Assembly: GCF_000143415.4 (NCBI RefSeq) | Contig: NW_003314271.1 | Coordinates: 62,001-126,000, forward strand | DNA length: 64,000 nt | Origin: Selaginella moellendorffii | Taxonomy: Eukaryota; Plantae; Lycopodiophyta | Direction of reading: 5' to 3' | Part shown: positions 50,661-61,799 of the stretch, piece after piece | Position numbering within the stretch: position 1 is the stretch's first letter | Layout of the letters: every line of letters starts with the position of its first letter | The notes under the pieces: generated by a model | Seen by the model: only the letters and a program-made list of their open reading frames with translations | Databases searched by the model: none | Told to the model about the DNA's origin: nothing | Program-made: the position numbers and the translations under genes

Positions 50661-52127
50661 TTAGAACCTCCTCCGCAACGAGCTCGACTCCAAACGTGAA
50701 GACGCGCTGCTCGCCGAATGCTCTTCGCGATCTTCTTGATCACCGTCTTGCAGTGTTTGCTCATCAGGACCCTGGCTTACATTCCCCATGCTCCACGAAT
50801 CCGGGAGCTGCTCAAGACCCGCCGTGACATTCTCGTTGTCCGACGAGTACGAAACTAGCTGTGGATGATCCACGCTGTTGCTGGACGACGCCGGCGAGAG
50901 AGACGACGGGTTGGCGCACTTGAGACCCGAAACTCCTCCAAAACCACCAGCGAATCCGCCCAGCGCTCGGTACGCAAGCGCTCGCTCCAAGTTGTCTCTT
51001 GGATTCTCGCCCTCCTTCGCTGCTGGCTCTGGCTTCTCCAGGAACTCCGGATAGAAGGAATTCCACCAAGACGAATCCCCTCGCTCGCACTGGACAGCAT
51101 CGCCGAGGATCCATCTCGGTAGCGATTCTAGAAAGTCGGTGCGTGCCTGCCGGTCCACCATGTAAGCTAGCAGCGAGCCGAGGCAGTGTCCTGCGATGAT
51201 CCCCAGTAGATGGGAACTGGAAGCTTTGCTGGCTATGGATGCAACTAGCTGGCAGCCGCATCCAAAGCATCTCGATCGGACATGCAAACTGCGAGAGCAC
51301 AAAATCCCAGTCGGTGAGTCACTGACAGGCCAGAGATGCGAGCGAGTTACCAGAAAGGAACACGGTACAAGAAACTTATAAGAATGCATTGAGGAAGGAG
51401 AACCAACGCCATATCCAGTAGCTTCTGCAGAGATTCGAACGCTGTCAGCAAACCACAGAACTCTCGAAACACGGACGCGCCCACGTTACTAGTATGATAG
51501 AGTTGAAGACCTTCCCAAGACCATAACACGATGGCAAACTGCCAGAGCAAGAGCCTCCTGTTTTGCCTGTACCTGGATGGAGCACGCACCCCGTGAGAAC
51601 TTCGTAGCTATTCGAGAGAGCTTACCTCACCATTTAGTGAATAAAAGCTGCGAGGTTATCATCGCCATGCACCACGCAGCAACGCAAACGTGTGACAAGA
51701 TCACCACTCCATCTTTGCTCTGCCGAAAAAAGAAACAAAAACAAAGTTTGCAAATGATCTCGAGATGCAAAGACGATAAGAAAACCAAACGATCACTCAC
51801 CTGGCCAGCATCAATCGTCCACCAAAGCCGCAAGATGCAAAACGCCAATTCGCAAGCCGCGGGACCGAGATCGTTGAAGTCCGAGTCGGAACCACATTTC
51901 CGGCAATACACCGCTTCCAACCTTCTGTCCTGGAACTTGAGGCTCCACGAGCTAAATCGAACTGGAGTGGCTACCGGATAGTAAACCGTGGACACCGCAG
52001 CCGCTGCCACAGCTGCTTGTAGCTGAGCATCACCCTGTCGCTGGGCTTCCTTCGCTGCTTCGTGAGCTCTCTCGTACAGCTCCCTCTCGTGGTCCGAAGC
52101 AAAGCCATCAATCTCACCAGTCGCCAT
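50661..52127 (-). CDS. Uncharacterised ~421-aa multi-pass membrane protein, 4 exons (51801-52127, 51631-51719, 51351-51572, 50661-51288)
   Basis: Canonical GT-AG introns give 1266 nt in one frame. About 5-6 hydrophobic segments are bracketed by SLKFQDRRLEAVY and AYMVDRQARTDFL. Confidence 0.7.
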
Positions 52128-53093
52128 GGACAGAGATGAGTATGAAGATTACACGACAACGATTCGAGCCCGAGCAGCCATTTGTTTCTCCTTTCTCTCT
52201 GAAAAGCAGAGCTCTGATCCACGGAAGCTTCAGTGCCTCATCATGGAGCACATGGGAACCTAGGAAAAGAAAGAGAAAAACAGCGCTCATCAGGCACGGA
52301 AAGAAGCGAGAAAGCGAAGAAAACAAAAATATTTCCACACATAAAGAGCAAGAACAGCGACATCATACCCTACGAGCGCCCGGCGCACGATATTTCGCCA
52401 AGGATCGCGAAATGCAGGATCGCGCAGCCACGAATTCCTCATCCCCGGCGCCGCCACGCAAGAATCATCACAGGAACAAACCAGCTGATGAGCGACGATC
52501 GCTCGCCGCGAGCTGAGACAGCGCCGCGCTCTCCATCGCTTCCCCTGCGATCGATCGATCGATCGAGCCAAAGCCCTAATAAATCGTCGCGAGAGAGCAG
52601 CGATTAGAACCCCTGCCCCACAGCGCCATTGCCTCGCTTCCAAGAGAAGAGAATACCAACCTAGAGAATAGAAACCCAAGCTGACGTGGGTGTCCACGTG
52701 GAGCGTATCCCCAAGCATATCCTGACAGGTGGATACACATGTGCGCTGCTGGCACAGAATAAACCATAAAATCCAATAAAGAATTAAGTAAATGGTCCAA
52801 TTGGCGGCCGTACCAGAGTCACATTCCGGCGGCAGGCCGTACCAGTGGCGCGTGGGCTGCCGACTGACCGTCAGATGACGGGTGAGACCGACCGTCGCGT
52901 GTGGAGCGCAAGCCGTCACACCCGTCAGGCGCGAGTACAGTACGGAATGGCCGTTTTCTCGGAGCCCAGGCGAAGTACATACGCACGAACTTTGTTCCTA
53001 AGTTTGGATGATCATACAAAAAAAGAACCATCGCATTTTTTTGGCATGATTTGGCCTGTCGTGATCGATCTATCGATGGGAGAGAGTTGTCTT

Positions 53094-55253
53094 TTAAAAC
53101 TCTGGCCAAGCAGCCACCTGTTCTTCGCAAGCAATTGCCACTTGAGTTAACTTACTTGGCTTCGATAGGGGCGGGGGTATTGGCTGGAGCATGAGCGCTT
53201 GAACAAGAGCTACAACCTGTGAAGAACCAAGTGAAAAAAAAGGAATTTTGGAATGTATGGTAAGTTTTTTACCATTACGCTTCCAGCAACGATTAGACTG
53301 AATCCTGGGCAATTGAAAGGAGCGTCCTTGGATAGAAACAGTGCTGAACAAAGAGAAAGTTTTAGACAAAAGTTTAAGCAACGAACAGAGAATCTTAAAC
53401 CTGTCAAGGGGCTGATAGCAAGCGGTGATAATATAGTTGCAAACGATCTTATACCCGCAATTAAACCTTGGAACTTACCCTGCTCGAGATAAATTAGAGA
53501 CTAAACGAGATGAAACGATGGAAGTTACCTGTTCTTCCGGTTCCGCTGTCTTTGATACAATACTCCCTATCTGTTAAGAAGAAACAATAAGTTACGCTCA
53601 GCGGTCATAGAGAACTTACGCAAGGGAAGCTCAAGACAAAAAAGATACTGAAGCTGGAACAGACGTATGGCACCTGAAAAATCCAAGATGTTAATACAAA
53701 AAAAATCAATAAATTAACATCAGTTACCCAGTCTGCCCATGCTACTCCATATAAAAGTGCCTTAAGCATACAAACATTAGACGTGTGTGGATTGGTTATA
53801 ACAAGCACGAAGTGACAAAACTTACATGAGAAGCAGAAGCAGAAATAGCTATAAACAGAACGATTTTTTCGCCGAAAAAATGTACAAAGACTGGCATAAT
53901 GAGCAGCTGTGTAAAATGAAAAGGTTTTCAATCTCCCGCAGACTAAGAATAAAGCTTACTTGAGAAAACACTGATGCCAGTCCATTAATTAGCATGAGCT
54001 CTGCAAATTGGTCCTTTGCAAAACCAAAAGTCGCTTTTAAATAATACTGAGAACGAAAAACGAAGTATTAGACAAGAACTTGAGCTGATTATGGCCTACC
54101 AACAGCGAACCCTGTAATCCAGCTTCGCCAAGACTGGAGAAGAATACTATCACCGCCACCTGCGTCAAAAGATTGCTGACAGATGCAAGTTATCATCTAC
54201 GTAAACGTCAAGACTACACTTACTTCTGTTTAAACAGAAGAACAGTGTCTGTGATTGAGGAAGTGCTACGCATGAGCAGCGGTGTAGAGCGACATTCGTC
54301 ACGCTTATGCTGCTGATGCGTGTCACTGTGATTCGGAAGAAGCGGTGGACCACGCTCGGCATTTGTCTCTGGTAAAAATACTTTGACATAGACCGCAGCA
54401 AAAGCAATCACGACAGCAGCCACCTGAAAGGTGGTTGAAGAAACAATCGACTTAAAAGAGTAAAGCTCTCCCACCTTGAAAATTTGATCCTGAGCCAACA
54501 CTCGGGCCAAAAGAATCCCAATGACATAACCGACTGAAAACGATCCCATGAGCACGCCAATGGCAAGAGCTCGGTAGCGTCGCTCGATACAGTCGCTCTG
54601 GAAAAAAGGAAAAAGAAACAAATGTCAAAATCATGGACGCTTTGGAGGCAAGCAAAGCACTAAGTAGAAACTCACCACATACGCAAAAGAGAGGCATGTA
54701 ATGCCACCCTCGGCGAAGATCCTAACCACTGTTCCCACGACCATGTAGGCGTAAACGAACGGCCTGGATTGGCTATAGGCGAGTATCGCTTCGTCCATGT
54801 AAGAAAAGAGTGAGCAAGCGCGATCGATCGATCGGACTCACCCATGGGAAGAACAGCGGCGGAGAATGGAATCATCAGCAGCGGCTTGCGGCCATACTCG
54901 TCCGAGAGCTCGCCGAGAATCGGCGTCACCAGCATCGTCCCAATCCCCGCGACCTGCGAGAAGATCCATGGCAAGAATGCGAGAGCTTAGAACCCTAGTT
55001 TCAAGAAAATGTATAGAGGGAAGAGCTCAACGATTTGCTGGATGCCGGTCAAGTAGATCGCTTCGTTGCATTCGGCCTGGCCGGGGCAGAGCGCTCCAAG
55101 AAGAACATCCGTGAGCGCCGGGATCACCATCATCGTCGCCATGATGTGGAGGAGCGTGGCGAAGATGAGATGGATGAGCGGCCTCAGGACGATGATCTTG
55201 CGCAAGAATCCCCGCCGATGGCCGCCGCTGCTACTGCTCGATGATTCTGTCAT
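53094..55253 (-). CDS. MFS transporter (HIAT/tetracycline-transporter-like); 3' end approximate
   Basis: LRPLIHL, MVIPALTDVLLGALCPGQAECNEAIYLTG, TPILGELSDEYGRKPLL, KVFLPET, YYLKATFGFAKDQFAELMLI, QGKVQGLIAG. Confidence 0.88.
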
Positions 55254-55500
55254 CGTAGAGCGAGGGAGCCAGCGAGCTACAGCGATCGTATTGCTTCCTG
55301 GCGCGATTTATTCTACGCTAGCGGGACGATCACACACACACACAGGGCCCCAAGAAAGTGATCTTCTTGGAGATTCCTTCACGCATCTTGTCCAGGGACG
55401 CTTGCATCCAAAGCAATTGGAAGGATCTCCATGAAGCGAGCGACGATCCTGGCAAAATCTTGCACCTACAAGAAGCTATCGCGATCCAGATCACACACAT

Positions 55501-55612
55501 CCATCGGAGCGCCAAGCATCGAAGCGATCGATCTCTCGCGATCGCGTGGAAAATATCCATCGGAGGGCCAAGCATCGAGGCGATCGTTCTCTCGCGATCG
55601 CGTGGAAAATAT
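55501..55612 (+). repeat. 56-bp tandem duplication in the MFS/PPR divergent intergenic region
   Basis: CCATCGGAG.GCCAAGCATCGA.GCGATCG.TCTCTCGCGATCGCGTGGAAAATAT twice, with 3 mismatches. Confidence 0.9.
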
Positions 55613-55992
55613 TTTGGGAAGGGGAAAGCGCCTATTCTAGGTGGCCATGGGTATATTCCCAGGACCGTTTTTTGATACCATTCCCTTTAAAAGTCCACCC
55701 CCTGCCGTTTGTGTGTGCATGCCAAACGATCCATCTATCAGTTATCTATCGTTGAGTCACCGTTGGATCTTTGGCATTTTGTTGCGTCACCGTAGGATCG
55801 TGGCCTTTTCCTGGTGGAAAGAATCTTGGCAGTTTGCCGTACAAGGCCAGGTAGGGTTTATGTTCTCCCTTGCGAGCGCGCGTGGCAATGCAGAACGATC
55901 GTCGCCGGGATCATCGATTAGGAGTCCCATCCACTGGCGCTCGTGATCTTTCGAGGTAAGGCGGCGGTTCTTTGACACGCGCATGGATCTTG

Positions 55993-58428
55993 ATGATCCG
56001 CCGTGCGCGCGCGCGGCAATGCAAGCGAATCGGCGCCAGATTTTGCAAGCTGAGAGGGGTATCGGCGGGATTTTGCAAGGCTGGCAGGGATTTCGATGTC
56101 GCCGCCTTGATCTCGGCCTTGAAGGATTCCAGGGACCTGCGGAGCTGCAAGAGGCATCACATTGATGCGGTTGAGAAGGGTCTTTGCTCCAACATCCTCG
56201 TCGCCAACACGCTGATTCGAGTGTACGCCAGGTGTGGGAGCTTGGCCGATGCTCGCAGCGTTTTCGAGTCACTGGAAGTCCCGGATGTGGTGTCCTGGAA
56301 TGCGCTACTTCAGGGATACGTCGAGAATGGGGAGAGCCGGCAAGCTCTGGTATTGCTTGGAAGAATGGAACAGGAGGGGTGTCTTCCAGATGGTAGAACT
56401 TTCGTCACAGCTCTCAAGGCTTGCTCGAGTCTAGCAACCAAAGAAGGAAATGCGAAGAAGGTGGAGTACGTGAAGGTGGCCAAGGTTTGCCACTGTGAGG
56501 CCATAGATTCGAGGCAACTAGACATCTTTGTGGCGAACACATTGGTTGATACTTTAGCCAAGTGTGGGAGATTGGAGGATGCTCGTTTGGTTTTCGAGAT
56601 GATGCCAAGTCATGACGTTGTTTCTTGGACAGCTTTGGTGCTCGGACATGTCGACAACGAACAGTGTGAGACCGCTTTGGAGCTGTTTGAACTTATGCAC
56701 TCGAGGGGCTGCATTGGGAATGCCCGGACTTTCTCCTCGGCTCTGACGGGGTGTTCTAGACTGGCAGATAAGGAAGAAGCTAAGCTAGTCGACGGGTCTC
56801 TTGTGAAGGCCGAAAGTCTTGCAGTTGGGATGGCGATTCACTCACGAGCATCAAGCAGTGGCTGTGACTCAGACGTTTTCGTTGGGAACACTTTGCTCGA
56901 CATGTACGTCAAGTGTGGCAGCATGATTAGAGCTCGGCGGGTTTTCGATGGGATGAAGCTTCATGATGTGGTATCGTGGACTACGCTGACACAGGGATAT
57001 GCCGAGAACGGTGAGCCAGTGGTGGCTTTACAGCTCTACGCTCGCATGAAGCTGGCAGGATGTAAACCGGATTCCAGGTGCTACGTCGCCGCGCTTTTGG
57101 CTTGCTCGAGTTTGGCAGCGGCTGAAAAACTCCGGGAGTCCAGTGGGAGCTTGGTGACGCTCGAGTGCTTGGACAAAACCAGGATGGTCTACCAGGAAGC
57201 TGTAAGCAGTGGATTCGGGCAGGATATCTACGTCAACACGGCAGCAGTTCGTGCATATTCAAAGTGTGGGAGCAGCGGTGGTGCTCGACTGATATTCGAC
57301 AACGTGGCACACCGGGACACTTTCCTGTGGAACGCAATGCTTCTGGGACATGTTGAAAACGGGGAAAGCGACTCAGCACTTGGACTGTTTGCAGTAATGC
57401 AAGAACAGGGTCACAAAGGAGATCCTCGGACTCTCAGTGCGGTATTGACGGCTTGTGCAAACTTGGGAGTCAAAGCAGAGAAAGCAGAACCATTATTATC
57501 AGATGGAATGAAGGCCAAGTATCTGGAACAGGGGATGGCTTTACACTTCGAAGCATCAAACTCGGGGTTTGACAAGTCGGACATATTCGTGGGGAACGCT
57601 CTGGTTGACATGTACGCAAAGTGTGGGAGCCTGGAGCGTGCCACGGAGGTTTTCCGCAGCATGCCGCGCAGGGACGTGGTGTCGTGGACTTCCATGATTC
57701 TGGGATACGCCGGGAATGGCAGAGCAGCGCTAGCCTTAGAGCTGTTCTTCTCCGGCATGGACGTCGCGGCAAACGCTAGAACTTACGTGGCTGCGCTTGT
57801 GGCTTGCGGCGACTTGGTGGCACTGGAAAGTGGGAAGCGCGTCGAGGCTCGAGTTTACAGGAGTGGAGTGGAGAGCGATCCGGTGGTGGCAACCGCGCTG
57901 GTGGATTTTTACGGGAACTGTGGAGACATGGCTGCTGGGCGGCGAGTTTTTGACTGGAGCTCGCCAAGGGACGTGAAGCAGTGGAACGCAGTGATCGGGG
58001 GCTACTCTCGATCCGGAGAGATCGACCAGGCATTGTCGCTGTTCCAGAGGACGAGGGACGAGAGCTTGCGAGCTGACGCCATCACTTTCTTCTCCATTCT
58101 CTCGGCTTGCAGCCACGCCGGAGAGATCGACAGGGGGCGGGAGTGTTTCCAGGCCATGGCCGAGTTTGGCATCGCCCCGAGCGTCCAGCACTACTCGTGC
58201 CTGATCGATCTGTTTGGCCGAGCCTCGAGACTGCGCGAAGCAGTGGAGCTTCTCGAGGCTATGCCCCTCCTCAAGGCCGATCGTGTTGCGCGGATGACGG
58301 TCTTGAGCGCGTGCCAGCGCTGGAAAGACGCTGGAACAGGAAAGAATGTGTTTGATTCTCTGTTGGAACCCGATGATAAATGTAACAGTGCTCAAGCATT
58401 GGCGTTCATGGCAAACGCAAATTCGTAG
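55993..58428 (+). CDS. PLS-class PPR protein (organellar RNA-editing factor type), intronless, ends within the E domain, no DYW
   Basis: Repeated DIFVGNALVDMYAKCGSL..A..VF..M...DVVSWT units, ITFFSILSACSHAG, HYSCLIDLFGRA. First ATG at 55993. Confidence 0.92.
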   Translation: MIRRARARQCKRIGARFCKLRGVSAGFCKAGRDFDVAALISALKDSRDLRSCKRHHIDAVEKGLCSNILVANTLIRVYARCGSLADARSVFESLEVPDVVSWNALLQGYVENGESRQALVLLGRMEQEGCLPDGRTFVTALKACSSLATKEGNAKKVEYVKVAKVCHCEAIDSRQLDIFVANTLVDTLAKCGRLEDARLVFEMMPSHDVVSWTALVLGHVDNEQCETALELFELMHSRGCIGNARTFSSALTGCSRLADKEEAKLVDGSLVKAESLAVGMAIHSRASSSGCDSDVFVGNTLLDMYVKCGSMIRARRVFDGMKLHDVVSWTTLTQGYAENGEPVVALQLYARMKLAGCKPDSRCYVAALLACSSLAAAEKLRESSGSLVTLECLDKTRMVYQEAVSSGFGQDIYVNTAAVRAYSKCGSSGGARLIFDNVAHRDTFLWNAMLLGHVENGESDSALGLFAVMQEQGHKGDPRTLSAVLTACANLGVKAEKAEPLLSDGMKAKYLEQGMALHFEASNSGFDKSDIFVGNALVDMYAKCGSLERATEVFRSMPRRDVVSWTSMILGYAGNGRAALALELFFSGMDVAANARTYVAALVACGDLVALESGKRVEARVYRSGVESDPVVATALVDFYGNCGDMAAGRRVFDWSSPRDVKQWNAVIGGYSRSGEIDQALSLFQRTRDESLRADAITFFSILSACSHAGEIDRGRECFQAMAEFGIAPSVQHYSCLIDLFGRASRLREAVELLEAMPLLKADRVARMTVLSACQRWKDAGTGKNVFDSLLEPDDKCNSAQALAFMANANS

Positions 58429-58473
58429 ACAAAATGGTGGTCTGCTAATTCGTAGACAAAATGGTGGTCTGCT
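58420..58473 (+). repeat. Perfect 27-bp tandem duplication spanning the PPR stop codon
   Basis: AATTCGTAGACAAAATGGTGGTCTGCT x2. Confidence 0.9.
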
Positions 58474-58933
58474 GACGTGGCGATGATTATTCGAGGATAT
58501 CCTGACGTCGCATCACTTCGTCCTGAATGAATCTAACTCTTGATTCTTCACCTAGTCTGTTCTTCCTCTAGACTGTCTTACACTACGCTCCTTTCTGCTA
58601 GTCTTCCTTCTTCCTGAGCGCTCTATTTTGTTTGCTATCCCGAGCCTGAAAACTTTCTTTTCACCTCCTTGCTTTCAGAGCAGTCCAAGAGTAGGCAGAC
58701 AGATAGCATGGGTTGAAAGTCTGCCGCTACCTGAACTTTGCTGCTCTACCTCTGCCGTTCCATGAAAATCTGCTGCTCCTAGCTGAACTTTGCTGCTTCT
58801 CTACTGCTATTCCTAGCTGCTTCTCTGCTGCTGCTAACTTTTGACTCTCCCTACTGTCGAATACAATGTGAAACACGAAGAAAACCACTCCGAGTGCATA
58901 TCTCCCTATATGATGCCTGTTCCTCCTCCATTT

Positions 58934-59180
58934 ACGTGCCTAATGCTGCTACCTCTAAACAAAGTCAGAGATCTCTATGCCTCGAGCTTAGCTCACTATT
59001 GTGCCGAATGCTGCTACCTGTAAACAAAATCAGACACGGACTTCTTTTCTCGGAAGTGTTTATGGCACTCAAGGCATCCGTGGGCGTGACGCTGCTGGCG
59101 CTGTTCGTGTTTGGCTACGTCAAGCTGCTTTAGAACTCACTAACGTGCCGAATGCTGCTACCTGTAAACAAATCAGACAC
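58934..59180 (+). repeat. Three dispersed ~35-bp direct repeats GTGCCGAATGCTGCTACCTGTAAACAAA(A)TCAGA
   Basis: Copies at ~58936, 59001 and 59145. Confidence 0.9.
59040..59125 (+). pseudogene. Fragment of a VIT1/CCC1 vacuolar iron transporter
   Basis: Reads ALKASVGVTLLALFVFGYVK, like the VIT1 C-terminal helix ASV..TL.ALF.FGY.K. Confidence 0.65.
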
Positions 59181-59349
59181 CAAGAAACAACCGCTTCTCT
59201 ATACCTCTTGTCTAACTGCTTTGAAAATCCGTGCATTCTTCCTTTCTCCACCGCTGTAGCTCCAGCTCCATCTAGTAGTATAAACCAGCTCCTGCCATCC
59301 TATCACGTAAACCACTTCTCCTTGAAAGCAAAGAGAACGAAAACAGCTT

Positions 59350-60823
59350 ACCTTGTCACCCGGATCGAACACCACGGAAAGCCGCGCAGTGCACCAAGTG
59401 TGGCGTGCTGCAAGCTGGGAAAGCATACACATCTTGGAGATGGACGAGAGGCCACAAGCCGTTAAACGAAAAGCTCGTTGGCATAGCTCATAAGCTTGTC
59501 CTCGGGGCCTCACTGTCGTCGTCCTCGTCGAGCACAATGCTCTGCTGCAGCTGGGCGATCAAGGCTTTCACATGCTGGACATGTTTGCCCACCTGGAAAC
59601 ACAAAAACACAACATTAGGTGAGATTGAGATGAAAAAATGAGGGAACTCATCAAAAGCTCATCATTCTGCTTATTGATCAAATCGCGCTTCCTTGGCATT
59701 GCTTCGCCTCTTTGCAAATCCTCCTCCTTGTTCTTCGTCCCTCCCTCGCCAACTCCATATATTTGTCCCAGGAACAAGGAGCCTTGTGGGAGTTTTTTTC
59801 GCCACTTCAAGGCGCGGACCTCCGGCAAAGCTGTGGAAGACCACTGTGAAGCTGGCGATGTGCAGCAATGCTAGCCATGTGGTGTGAGAGCTTGGAAAGC
59901 TTGGGACAAGTCATCAAGGCAGCGATGAAACGAGGAGATTGGCTCCAGATGCCCAGGAGCTCCCTCTTTGTTGCTCGATTCGCGAGAGAAGGTGAGCTGC
60001 TAAAGCCTCGGAGCAGCAAGTCTCCTTGCCGGTTTTGACGAGGCGAGCTCTCGATGGCTTCCAGCACCGAGCTTGGCAGCCTCCAAACCTCAACACTTCC
60101 TATGTACCTGCGGTTTCGAGTGGTGAAGCTTACGCATTCCTTCTTCCTGTTCTTCTTTCTCCGATCGCTCGCTCGTGATCACACTGTCGTGTGGTCGAGC
60201 CTAGTGCTACCAGAGGTCTCCCGGGATGCTACCAGAGGAGCCGAGACTTCAATGGTCACGCGAGCTCCCTGAGCTCCTTTGCGCAGAGCTCGAGATAAAC
60301 TTCGCCGCTGTCGGCCGTACTCGCCAGTGCTTCAGAAAGTCACCCGGACCATGGGATCGGCACGGTTGAGAACTATGCCAAGTTCGCAGGATTCGACGGC
60401 TCCACCGCCACCCTCACTATCGGAGCCGTCTCGCAACTTAAGCCCGTGAGTGGTCGCCGTCTTGAGTCCATCGCCACCACGTTTCCAGCCGCTGCATTGT
60501 GCCGATCATGCAGTGACAGTCGCCACCTCAAAGCTCCGCTTGTCCGTAGCCACAGTTGGATCGTAGACATCCGAGAGCACGTAGATTCTCTAGCCAGCAA
60601 CGACCAGTCTAGAGCAATCGCAGTTCCCATCCCCAGCCACCGGAGAGAAGTCTGCACAAAACCGAAGTTTCCTCTTCTTCGTGCTGTTCCTCGTCACGGA
60701 AGAAGTAGCTCTCGGATCGAAAGCCACTGACAATGCCCTTCACCTCGGGTAGGCCTCGAGCGGCGAGAGCTTGAGCTCCGTGCCGAGTCTGTCCACCTTG
60801 TTGAGCCTCCCGTTAAACACCAT
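59350..60823 (-). pseudogene. Unidentified exon-like fragments beginning inside the left palindrome arm
   Basis: ATG at 60823 (MVFNGRLNKVDRLGTELKLSPLEAYPR), splice-like signals and charged stretches. No continuous frame. Confidence 0.25.
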
Positions 60824-61761
60824 CCTGATTCACTCTCTCTCCGGTTATTTGGCAATGACGTGGCATCAGGCCTTCTTTTTGTTTTTTCTCCAGCGCACTC
60901 CCTCTCCCGTCCGTCGCCACTGCGCACTCCCGCCCGCCTGCTCACCCTCACGGCTCCCGCCTGCCCCCGCACGTCCGCCTATGCCCAGTAATAACTTCCA
61001 TGTCCACCCATAATTGAACTAAAAACGTTTCCATTCACAAGGGATAGTTGCCCCATAAATGACCCAAAAACATTTCTATTTCTTTTATGATCAAGCATGG
61101 CAGCAGCATAAGAGGTAAGCAATCAATTTAACTTCATATTGATTCAAGAAAATCATTTAAAATCTTTCATGGCTTGATGAAGTGCAAGAATTCTATGAAA
61201 AGGATTATTTTTATGCAGATGATTTAGATTTGTGAGTATGTTTTTCTCAAACAAGAGTATAGCTTGAGAGATAAAGAATTTGATTGAGAGATTCCATGCA
61301 AATATGAAAGTTATACTCTTGTCTGAAAAAAAACATGTTTGCAATTTAAATCATCTACACAAAAATAATCATTTTCATGGAATTCTTGCACCTTATCAAG
61401 CCAAGGGGGATTCTAAATGATTTTCTTGACTCAATATGAAGTTGAATTAATTGCTTACCTCTAGAAATTGATATGTTGCTGCTATGCTTGATCATAAAAG
61501 AAACAGAAACGTTTTTAGGTCAATTATAGGGCAAGTGAATGAAAACGTTTTTAGGAGGCTGTGGCCACGTGGAAGTTATTAGGGCGCACGCTGGGCGCAG
61601 CGGACGTGCGGGTGGGAGTGCGGGCGGGAGCCGTGAGGGCGAGCGCGGGAGTGCGCAGCGGCGACGGACGGGAGAGGGAGTGCGCTGGAGAAAAAACAAA
61701 AAAAAGGCCTGATGCCACGTCACCGCCAGGTAAGCGGAGAGAGAGGTGTTTAACGGGAGGC
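60805..61761. mobile_element. ~957-bp imperfect palindrome (foldback / long-TIR element): arms ~460 bp, loop ~42 bp
   Basis: Outer ends GCCTCCCGTTAAACACC / GGTGTTTAACGGGAGGC, inner ends ACAAGAGTATAGCTT / AAGTTATACTCTTGT, with continuous reverse complementarity between them. Confidence 0.85.
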
Positions 61762-61799
61762 AGGAGAAGCCAATGATCTTAAGGCTGCTGCTGTCGCGG

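Noticed and set aside
58934-59180. CRISPR array
   Set aside because: Only three repeats, very unequal spacers, eukaryotic context and no cas genes.
61266-61307. GAGATAA in the palindrome loop resembling the maize Mu terminus
   Set aside because: A 7-bp match in AT-rich DNA with no mirrored partner; likely chance.
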